From a virus (taxonomy: Duplodnaviria > Heunggongvirae > Uroviricota > Caudoviricetes): DNA of 64,000 bases. The notes below the pieces were generated by a model, which worked only from the letters and a program-made list of their open reading frames with translations, did not search any database and was not told the origin of the DNA. Numbering within the stretch: position 1 is the first letter of the stretch; the number at the start of each line of letters is the position of its first letter. Below are positions 54,880 to 62,230 of the stretch, piece after piece. Both the position numbers and the translations under genes were made by a program. The stretch lies in the IMG/VR virus record IMGVR_UViG_3300049919_000418, positions 22,928 through 86,927 of that record. One strand, 5' to 3'.

Positions 54880-55494
54880 ATGAGTAATACAGATAAATAC
54901 AAAGGTGAAAAAGTTTACGTGATTCCGCGTAGCTCGTTGTTGGGCATTGAAGGTGTTCAAGGTTTTCAGCTTTTGGGCGAAGACTTAATTCAGGAGGAAA
55001 TAATTGGACATCCCGATGGATTTTTAATGGATCGCGGGGCGGCGGAAATTGATCCGAATTATAAGCAAATTATTCCTTATTGTATTTTCTTTTGCGGCGA
55101 CAAGGTTTTAAACTATACTCGTGGTAAATCGGGTAACGAATCCCGCCTTCACTCTAAAATTTCTGTTGGAGTTGGTGGGCATATCAACGACGATGGGTTT
55201 GGGTTTTACGACGAAAGCGTTAATCGCGAACTTCAGGAGGAATTAGATTTGAATCAGGAGGATATTATCGGCCATCAAATGATTGGTATTTTAAACGACA
55301 ATACAGCTCTTGTTAGTCAAGTTCACCTTGGAGTCGTTCACCTTATTCAGTTGACAAGCGAAAACGTAACCGCAAAAGAGGATTGTTTGGCAAATCTTAC
55401 ATTTACGAATATTAAAGAATTAAATGGGCCGCTGTATGATCGCCTTGAAGGATGGTCACAATTTATCGTTAGGTATTTGGCGAGTGAAGAGTAA
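54880..55494 (+). CDS. Predicted NUDIX-family phosphoesterase
   Basis: RGAAEIDPNYKQIIPY, E.RLH.K.SVGVGGHIN, RELQEEL, HLGVV. Confidence 0.75.
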   Translation: MSNTDKYKGEKVYVIPRSSLLGIEGVQGFQLLGEDLIQEEIIGHPDGFLMDRGAAEIDPNYKQIIPYCIFFCGDKVLNYTRGKSGNESRLHSKISVGVGGHINDDGFGFYDESVNRELQEELDLNQEDIIGHQMIGILNDNTALVSQVHLGVVHLIQLTSENVTAKEDCLANLTFTNIKELNGPLYDRLEGWSQFIVRYLASEE

Positions 55495-55501
55495 AAACAA
55501 G

Positions 55502-55575
55502 TGGTCCATAGCTCAGTCCGGTAGAGCTTTCGACCGATATTCGAAAAGTCAGTGGTTCGAATCCACTTGGGCCAA
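55502..55575 (+). tRNA. tRNA-Ile(GAU), C33 (second copy)
   Basis: TTCGA-CCGATAT-TCGAA. Confidence 0.85.
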
Positions 55576-55632
55576 CGTAAAAATACATTCGAAAGAGTGT
55601 TATTTTAACCTTTATAATAAAAATTAAAATAT

Positions 55633-55884
55633 ATGAGAGCAAAATTACAAGTCGTGTCGGTTGAAGATGCCAATCTTCCAGATGGTTCCAAACATGCGGA
55701 GCAAGTCAAATTTATGGCTGTTTGCGGCAATGATCCGTTCAAACCCGGTGGATATAGTGAGGATAATACCTTTGCAAAGTGGACGCCAACGGCGAATCTT
55801 GACATGCGAATCAACAACGAAGCATCTTGGGGAACATTGGTTCCGGGGCAGAAGTATTATGTTGATTTTACTTTAACTGAGTAA
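55633..55884 (+). CDS. Conserved phage hypothetical protein
   Basis: MRAK...EDNTFAKWTPTA...PGQKYYVDFT motif. Confidence 0.65.
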   Translation: MRAKLQVVSVEDANLPDGSKHAEQVKFMAVCGNDPFKPGGYSEDNTFAKWTPTANLDMRINNEASWGTLVPGQKYYVDFTLTE

Positions 55885-55892
55885 GAATTTTA

Positions 55893-56224
55893 GGGGGTGA
55901 AATAGTTTCGACGTAACTTTGCACGTTTTCAATTGCAACAAAAGATCCGCTGGATTTAAACAGCAAAAATAATTGGCGAAAATCAATTAGCACTCGCAGC
56001 GTAATGCGAGAACGGCTAGCTTCTCTGTGAAAGCTTGATCCGTTAATTAGCAGATATTTGATGTTTAAGAATTAAACGTATAGGTAGCATCAAGCCGAAA
56101 AATGAAGCGTGGTATATACGATAGAAGCCTAGGGTGTAAGTTCCCAAGTCCAAACTTAAAATTGTTGTAGATGGTTGATTATAAAGAAGTTACGGACGGC
56201 GGGGGCAGTTCCCGCCCATCTCCA
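55893..56224 (+). ncRNA. ssrA: tmRNA; tag (A)GENQLALAA at 55975-56004
   Basis: 5' GGGGGTG...TTTCGAC pairs with 3' CATCTCC-A including G3:U70; tag ORF ends ALAA-TAA. Confidence 0.9.
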
Positions 56225-56225
56225 T

Positions 56226-56750
56226 ATGGTAAATAAAAACGCATCAGAGGGGGCTAGGGCTCTTTTAGTCGCCTTTGGCAAAGGATATAAAGTAACAAAA
56301 TCGGGCGAGGTGATTTCCCCAAATGACATAAACCTGTCTTTATTTAATGATTCACGGGGTTATTTAAATTTCAAAATCTGCATGAATTGCGGGAAGAAGA
56401 AAAACGTTCCCGTCCATCGTTTCCAAGCCTACATGAAATTCGGCTCAAGCATTTTTGATGCTGAAGTTGTAAGGCACTTGGACGGAAATTGCAAAAATAA
56501 TAGTTGGGACAATCTTGAGCTGGGAACCCACAAAGAAAACTCTGCGGATCGCTGTCCTAAAGAGGTTAAGGGGTTTTCAATTGCCGCGTCCAATAAAATT
56601 AGAAGATTTTCCGATTCGGAAATGTCCAATATCAAAGAGTTTTACAAAACAAATAAATCTTATAAAAAAACAATGGAGAAATTCGGAATCTCCACGAAGT
56701 CAACGATGCATCGAATTTTAAATGTTGACTATGTAACGAAAAAAGATTAA
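56226..56750 (+). CDS. HNH homing endonuclease
   Basis: VHRF...VRHLDGNCKNNSWDNLELGTHKEN; ATG 2 nt after the tmRNA end. Confidence 0.85.
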   Translation: MVNKNASEGARALLVAFGKGYKVTKSGEVISPNDINLSLFNDSRGYLNFKICMNCGKKKNVPVHRFQAYMKFGSSIFDAEVVRHLDGNCKNNSWDNLELGTHKENSADRCPKEVKGFSIAASNKIRRFSDSEMSNIKEFYKTNKSYKKTMEKFGISTKSTMHRILNVDYVTKKD

Positions 56751-56755
56751 TTAAT

Positions 56756-56839
56756 GCCGTCCTGCCTGAGAAGTCGAAAGGGCTCGTTTTGTAAGCGAGA
56801 AGGGAAACTACGTCACTGGTGCAAATCCAGTGGGCGGCT
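56756..56839 (+). tRNA. tRNA-Thr(UGU) with long (15-nt) V region
   Basis: GCCGTCC/GGGCGGC; CTCGT-TTTGTAA-GCGAG; ACTGG-TGCAAAT-CCAGT. Confidence 0.75.
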
Positions 56840-56847
56840 CACAAAAA

Positions 56848-57168
56848 ATGAATAATTTCCAAAAAGATGTAAAAAATCTATGGACAACGGATGACCGAAG
56901 CAATCGGTTCTTTTCCGATGATTTAATTAGCAAGTTAGAAACTGCGTCGCGCAATGACCTTGCGGAGAGAATTGAACTTTTAAATAAATTATACAAAGAA
57001 GTTAATCGCCGCGAAAAAATTTATTTGCTTGCGCACGAAGCTTTGCTTGACAACCGTGCATTAGCTGATAAAACAATTGCGAACGAATACCCAGCCGGGT
57101 ATTGCCCGCCAGAAAAGCGGCGCAAATTAATTGATGCATTTGAACAAATTTTAGAACTAGTTAAATGA
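56848..57168 (+). CDS. Hypothetical protein
   Basis: Likely ATG 56848 after the tRNA. Confidence 0.55.
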   Translation: MNNFQKDVKNLWTTDDRSNRFFSDDLISKLETASRNDLAERIELLNKLYKEVNRREKIYLLAHEALLDNRALADKTIANEYPAGYCPPEKRRKLIDAFEQILELVK

Positions 57169-57551
57169 TTTACGAATCTGGAAAAATTGCTCCTTCGCCA
57201 AAAGAGAGAAAAGAAAATAAACTGAAAGGGGACGAGTCTTTTAGTCGCCTTTGTTCTGAGACTTTTGGCAAAAATCTCCCAAATTTCGAAAAACGAGAAT
57301 TGGATTTCAATTCGATGATTTTATTGGCGTGTAAAAACGTAGAGCCTCATCGTGACCCGTTAGTTGTTGATAAAATAACAGGGCTCAGGAGAGCGGCACT
57401 TTTTTGGTTGACAGAAGGAAGGGTGCATCTACAATGCGGAGACGACTTTATAAGAATGAGTTCCGGGGATTATGTAATTTTTGATGATTCAATTGCTCAT
57501 TGCGTAGTGGCCGATAGAAAATGGCGGGGTGCCGCCGCACAATTTATTTAA
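57165..57551 (+). CDS. Cupin/2OG-Fe(II) oxygenase-like protein
   Basis: EPHRD...GDYVIFDDSIAH (HxD...H). Confidence 0.5.
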   Translation: MIYESGKIAPSPKERKENKLKGDESFSRLCSETFGKNLPNFEKRELDFNSMILLACKNVEPHRDPLVVDKITGLRRAALFWLTEGRVHLQCGDDFIRMSSGDYVIFDDSIAHCVVADRKWRGAAAQFI

Positions 57552-57557
57552 AACAAC

Positions 57558-57935
57558 ATGAGATTATTTAATTTTGCAATGTATAATATTTCCCCAATTC
57601 AAGCGGGAATCCAGTGCATTCATAGCTGCGTAGAGTATTCATTGAAATATCCGTTCGACGCCAATTTCAAAGAGTGGGCAAATGAACATAAAACCGTTAT
57701 TATTCTTAGTGGCGGCGGATCGAATGATATGGTAGAGCGTGAAAAAGAGCTTGAATCTTTTAATATTCAGTTCGCTTCGTTTCAAGAGCCGGATTTAAAT
57801 AATTCAATTAGCGCAATCTCATTTTTAGTCGGAGAAAAGATTTACGCTTACGATCCTGAAAAACACGGAATGCGCTCGTCGCGGGAAGTGGAATTTGAAA
57901 CGTATTTGAAATCATTTAAATTGGCCGCGAATTAA
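57558..57935 (+). CDS. Peptidyl-tRNA hydrolase PTH2-like
   Basis: QAGIQCIH, W...HKTVIILSGG, FQEPDLNNSISAISF. Confidence 0.7.
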   Translation: MRLFNFAMYNISPIQAGIQCIHSCVEYSLKYPFDANFKEWANEHKTVIILSGGGSNDMVEREKELESFNIQFASFQEPDLNNSISAISFLVGEKIYAYDPEKHGMRSSREVEFETYLKSFKLAAN

Positions 57936-58066
57936 CATGCTATCCCTTATAGTTAATATTCCTGATTGGATTTTTAACGGGCCATTTTGGCTTGGTTTCG
58001 TAGCGGGCGCGGTTGCGACAATTGGAATTATTTTGTTTTCAATTAGAAACTGGAATCCATTTTAAT

Positions 58067-58285
58067 ATGAAATACTATGAAATAATTTTAAACGATTTTG
58101 TTATTACAGTATGCGCTGAAGATCATTGTGAGCATGCATTTAGGGGAAATTCAAAATACGCTTTTGGAAGGATAACAAAGCAAAAGTTCCAAAGTTACGG
58201 AGATAAGCCTTGGGAAATTCCATTTTCAATGGTTAGATATAGCCCAAGATATATTTTTACAATGGGCTTGTCTCATTGCGAATAA
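58067..58285 (+). CDS. Small hypothetical protein
   Basis: Likely ATG 58067 (MKYYEIIL). Confidence 0.4.
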   Translation: MKYYEIILNDFVITVCAEDHCEHAFRGNSKYAFGRITKQKFQSYGDKPWEIPFSMVRYSPRYIFTMGLSHCE

Positions 58286-58287
58286 AC

Positions 58288-58360
58288 GCCTCGTTAGTGT
58301 TAAAGGCCAACACGCCGCTGTGGTATTGCGGAGGAAAGGGTTCGATTCCCTTACGAGGCT
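58288..58360 (+). tRNA. tRNA-Thr(GGU)
   Basis: GCCTCGT/ACGAGGC; loop GTGGTAT. Confidence 0.85.
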
Positions 58361-58361
58361 C

Positions 58362-58432
58362 GCCGCGATAGTTCATTGGTAGAACGCTATTTTCGTATAT
58401 TAGAGAGGCGGGTTCGATTCCTGTTCGTGGCT
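58362..58432 (+). tRNA. tRNA-Thr(CGU)
   Basis: GCCGCGA/TCGTGGC; loop TTCGTAT. Confidence 0.85.
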
Positions 58433-58433
58433 C

Positions 58434-58976
58434 ATGAATCAATGTTTTGAATGTGATAAAACAGAAAACTTACACAAACACCATGTAATTCCTAGGTCGC
58501 TGGGAGGCGAGCGAACTCTTTTGTTATGTCCTGAATGTCATGGCAAAATACATGGTCTTGATTTTTCAAATCACGGAAATTTAATTAAACTTGGCATCGC
58601 AAAAACAGAAAAAAAATTGGGCAGACCTTGTTTTGGGGAGTTTGATGGGGAAGAAGAAATTATAAAAATGATACGCGCCCTGCGCCGAAAATCAAAGGGA
58701 GGAAAACGTCTTTCGCTTGCTAGGGTTGCCGAAATATTAAATCAAGACGGCGTTCCGTCCAGAGAGGGAAAACCGTGGCGTCCAGAAGTAGTTAGAAGAA
58801 TATTGATGGCGGAAAGCCAAAGACAAAAAGCTAAAAAAGAATTATTAATTAATCATTCCGATATCGTTGAGCTTCTTAAGGAGGGCAAAGAGTCTATAAG
58901 AAACATAGCGAAAATTACAGGTAAAGGCGGATCAACAGTGCAAAGAGTAAAAAAAGAATATGAGTCCAGAATTTAA
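58434..58976 (+). CDS. HNH endonuclease fused to recombinase-type DNA-binding and HTH domains
   Basis: CxxC...HHVIPRSLGG...CPECHGKIH; SLARVAEILNQDGVPSREGKPW; SIRNIAKITGKGGSTVQRV. Confidence 0.75.
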   Translation: MNQCFECDKTENLHKHHVIPRSLGGERTLLLCPECHGKIHGLDFSNHGNLIKLGIAKTEKKLGRPCFGEFDGEEEIIKMIRALRRKSKGGKRLSLARVAEILNQDGVPSREGKPWRPEVVRRILMAESQRQKAKKELLINHSDIVELLKEGKESIRNIAKITGKGGSTVQRVKKEYESRI

Positions 58977-59115
58977 AATAAAGAAAACAATTCTTATGTC
59001 TGAGTTAGAAGCAATGGATGCTTATCCAGAAGGGTTCGAACCCGATTTGGAGTCAGAGGAGGGGATTGAAAAAACTTGGGAATTCTTGACTTTCTGCAAA
59101 AAAAATGAAGAATAA
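58960..59115 (+). CDS. Small acidic protein (51 aa)
   Basis: Read manually: MSPEFKIKK...FCKKNEE. Confidence 0.4.
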   Translation: MSPEFKIKKTILMSELEAMDAYPEGFEPDLESEEGIEKTWEFLTFCKKNEE

Positions 59116-59124
59116 GTTCACAAA

Positions 59125-59215
59125 GCACTCGTAACGGAAAGGTCTTCTAAACCTTAGTCTCAAAATATACCGTAATTGGAAACGACTTATGCTCGTTCAA
59201 ATCGAGTCGGGTGCT
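59125..59215 (+). tRNA. Scrambled tRNA-Arg(UCU): D-arm 5' strand and loop displaced behind the anticodon arm
   Basis: GCACTCG/CGGGTGC; AAGGT-CTTCTAA-ACCTT; GCTCG-TTCAAAT-CGAGT. Confidence 0.65.
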
Positions 59216-59236
59216 CACACCAAACCAAACAAAACA

Positions 59237-59656
59237 ATGAAAAGTAAGCAAATTTTGATCCTTAAGGGGGTTTCAGGAAGTGGAAAATCGTCGCTTGCAA
59301 ACTTGCTTTGCTCGCAGAGGGTCGGCTGGACAATCTGCGAGGCAGATTTATTCTTCTACGATAAGCAAGGTAATTACAATTTTGATCCAGCTAAATTGGG
59401 CTCGGCCCATAAATTTTGTCAAAATCAATTTGTCGATTATTTAAATGAACCGTCCGTTGAGACGATTATCGTTAGCAATACGAATTGCGACCCCAAGGAT
59501 ATGAAATTTTATGAAGATCAGGCGGCTAAAAGAAATATTCGTGTTACTTATTTGGTTATTGAAAGAAGGCATAATAACGTTAATTCACATGGCGTGCCTG
59601 AAGCTACCCTTGATAGGCAAGAGCAAAAACTAAGGAACAGTTTGAAGTTGCGATAA
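59237..59656 (+). CDS. P-loop kinase (AAA_33 / polynucleotide-kinase-like)
   Basis: KGVSGSGKS, ICEAD, IIVSNTN, HGVPEATL; likely ATG 59237. Confidence 0.75.
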   Translation: MKSKQILILKGVSGSGKSSLANLLCSQRVGWTICEADLFFYDKQGNYNFDPAKLGSAHKFCQNQFVDYLNEPSVETIIVSNTNCDPKDMKFYEDQAAKRNIRVTYLVIERRHNNVNSHGVPEATLDRQEQKLRNSLKLR

Positions 59657-59660
59657 AAAC

Positions 59661-59779
59661 GGGAGTTTATTTTAAAGGTAAAATATTGCCACTCGGCAAA
59701 GATTGTGGTTTGAAATTTGTAACGAAGGCTAGCGCAGTAATTACAAACGTAGGATAAGGTTCGATTCCCGCAAGTCCCC
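59661..59779 (+). tRNA. tRNA-like gene with 50-nt insertion in the T-stem; anticodon unclear
   Basis: Removing 59709-59758 restores GTGGG-TTCGATT-CCCGC. Confidence 0.45.
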
Positions 59780-59782
59780 CAT

Positions 59783-61057
59783 ATGTTAAACGAAAAACAA
59801 CAATTATTTTTCAAAGCATTCGAAAGAGGCTCGAATGTTTTCATTTCCGGCCCCGCTGGGGTTGGAAAAAGTTTTTGCATTAAAAAACTGATAGATGATT
59901 TGTCAAAAAATGGCGCGGCATTTGGCGTGACAGCTTCGACAGGAATAGCCGCGCTTTCGATTGGGGGGTCAACCCTGCATAGTTGGTGCGGGATAGGTTT
60001 GGGCGAAGAAAACGCTGAATTTTTAGTTTCCCGGATTCGCAAGATGAAAAATATCAGGGAGCGGATTCAATTGACTAAAATTTTAATTATTGATGAAATA
60101 TCAATGATTTCCGGCGAGTTGATTGATAAAATTGATTTTATCTTTAAAAAAATAAGGGGCAGCCGCAAGCCATTTGGGGGAATGCAGATTATATTTTCCG
60201 GTGACATGTTACAACTGCCAGCGGTATCCAAGGGAAAGCCTATCAAATTTCCTTTTGAGTCGGAAGGGTGGAAAAACGCGAAAGTCGAACTTGTATTGTT
60301 GACCGAGCTTGTTAGGCAGAAGGGCGACAATGAATTTGGCACGATATTAAATGAGATTAGAATCGGCAACAAAGAAGCGGCGCGTAAATTAATTGATAAT
60401 AAAGTTGTTTTTCCTGATGACGGTATTCGCCCTGTCGTGCTTTACTGCCTCAATAAATATGTTGATTCTCATAACGAGGCGGAAATGATGAAACTTCCCG
60501 GAATGGAAAAGAAATATTTTTCACAAAGCAGTGGGGACGCGAAAAGCAGGGAATCACTGGAAAAAAACTGTCCCGCGCCGCCAGTTTTAAAACTCAAGGT
60601 TGGAGCGCAGGTTATATTGTTGAAAAATCTGGATCAAGAATTGGGGCTTGTAAATGGATCGTTAGGGGTCGTTGTAAGCCTTGCTAACGAGTCTGTGGTA
60701 GTCAAGTTTGAAAGCGGAGAGCAAACCCTCTCTAAGGGGGTCTGGGAGCTTAAAAAGCAATCTATAGAGGCGGGGGGTTCGACGAAATTCAAGGTGGCGG
60801 CAACAGTAAGCCAAATCCCTCTTAAACTAGCATATAGTTTGTCAATACATCGCTCTCAGGGCCAAACATTAAGTAGGGTAGTTTTGGACGCAACGGGGGC
60901 ATTTGAGGACGGGCTTATCTACGTTGGATTGTCTCGTGTTGAAAATCAAAATAATATAATTATTAAAAATTTAAATATTAATAAAATCACCGCCAACCCA
61001 AAGGCCCTTGAATTTTATGGCTATTCTGTTCCGAGTGACGATCCATTCGATTTTTAG
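59783..61057 (+). CDS. Pif1-like SF1B helicase
   Basis: GPAGVGKS, TASTGIAA, IDEISMI, GDMLQLP, LVNGSLG, SIHRSQGQTL. Confidence 0.9.
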   Translation: MLNEKQQLFFKAFERGSNVFISGPAGVGKSFCIKKLIDDLSKNGAAFGVTASTGIAALSIGGSTLHSWCGIGLGEENAEFLVSRIRKMKNIRERIQLTKILIIDEISMISGELIDKIDFIFKKIRGSRKPFGGMQIIFSGDMLQLPAVSKGKPIKFPFESEGWKNAKVELVLLTELVRQKGDNEFGTILNEIRIGNKEAARKLIDNKVVFPDDGIRPVVLYCLNKYVDSHNEAEMMKLPGMEKKYFSQSSGDAKSRESLEKNCPAPPVLKLKVGAQVILLKNLDQELGLVNGSLGVVVSLANESVVVKFESGEQTLSKGVWELKKQSIEAGGSTKFKVAATVSQIPLKLAYSLSIHRSQGQTLSRVVLDATGAFEDGLIYVGLSRVENQNNIIIKNLNINKITANPKALEFYGYSVPSDDPFDF

Positions 61058-61173
61058 AAAAATCCGCAACTTGTTGAGGGTTAGTGGTGGGAAAAATAAA
61101 TTAGAATTGTGTTTTAAAAATCTTGCAAATCATTAATTAATGGTGTAAACTTTAAGGCAAGGCGAATTAGAAA

Positions 61174-61198
61174 GCCCGGAAATCCTCCGGGCCTTTTT
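61174..61198 (+). terminator. Intrinsic terminator-like hairpin upstream of nrdB
   Basis: GCCCGGA-AATCC-TCCGGGC-CTTTTT. Confidence 0.65.
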
Positions 61199-61222
61199 AG
61201 TCTCAAAATTTAAACAAAAAAC

Positions 61223-62227
61223 ATGGAAAAAATAGGGATCAGGGATAGTGGGAAAAGCATTTTTGACGAGCAAATTGGTTTGAAGCCGGACAGATACCCT
61301 TGGACCAATTTTTATGTGGAGTCAATCCAAAATTCCTTTTGGACTCACAGGCTGTTTACTTTCCAATCCGATGTTCAGGACTTTAAAGTTAATTTAAGCG
61401 ATAGGGAAAGAGAAACAATTGTTAGGGCTCTCTCGACAATTGGACAGATAGAAATTTCTGTCAAAAAGTTTTGGGCGAAACTTGGTGAAAACCTTCCCCA
61501 TCCGTCGATTATAGATCTTGGATTCACGATGGCTTCGAACGAGGTAGTTCATGGGAAAGCATACTCCAAACTTTTAGAGGTGTTGGGGATCAACGATTCA
61601 TTTGAATCAATTTTAGAGTTAGATATTATAAAGGGCCGGGTTAATTATCTTAAAAAATATTTGCATAAGTTTCATTCTGACAATAAAAAGCAATTTATCT
61701 ATTCTCTAATTCTTTTTACGTTATTTGTTGAAAACGTGGCCCTTTTTTCTCAGTTTTATACTATTTCGTGGTTTGGGCGTGAAAAAAATGTTTTGAAGGA
61801 CGCCAACAAGCAAATCGAATATACAACAAGAGAAGAGGAGCTTCACAAAAACATTGGAATCAAATTGATTAATGAGATTAAAAAGGAGTTTCCCGAGTTA
61901 TTTGACGACGAGCTTGAAGAAAAAATTCTTAAAGAATCAAGGCTGGCCGTTCAATATGAATGTCAAATTATCGAATGGATACTTGGCGAAATTAACGAGG
62001 ATTCATTAAATCCTGCCGTTCTTCATGAATTCATTAAAAATAGGTTAAATCTCTCCCTTGCGGAGATAGGATACCCGAATGTCTTCGATGTTGATTTAGA
62101 CAAGTTAAAGAAAACCGAGTGGTTTGACGAGCAAATCTTGGGAAACTCGCAGTCTGACTTTTTCAATGCAAGACCGTCTGAGTACGGAGTTGCGAATCAA
62201 AGCTTTTCTGAGGACGAGCTTTTTTAA
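61223..62227 (+). CDS. nrdB: Ribonucleotide reductase beta subunit (class Id-like)
   Basis: QIEISVKKFW, NEVVHGKAY, ENVALF, EEELH, C-terminal DFF..RPSEY. Confidence 0.9.
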   Translation: MEKIGIRDSGKSIFDEQIGLKPDRYPWTNFYVESIQNSFWTHRLFTFQSDVQDFKVNLSDRERETIVRALSTIGQIEISVKKFWAKLGENLPHPSIIDLGFTMASNEVVHGKAYSKLLEVLGINDSFESILELDIIKGRVNYLKKYLHKFHSDNKKQFIYSLILFTLFVENVALFSQFYTISWFGREKNVLKDANKQIEYTTREEELHKNIGIKLINEIKKEFPELFDDELEEKILKESRLAVQYECQIIEWILGEINEDSLNPAVLHEFIKNRLNLSLAEIGYPNVFDVDLDKLKKTEWFDEQILGNSQSDFFNARPSEYGVANQSFSEDELF

Positions 62228-62230
62228 TTT

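Noticed and set aside
56175-56225. N-terminal extension of the HNH gene into tmRNA
   Set aside because: It overlaps the tmRNA T-arm and acceptor; the ATG at 56226 is more plausible.
59548-60042. 164-aa antisense ORF
   Set aside because: Antisense to the kinase, a tRNA-like gene and the helicase; no motifs.
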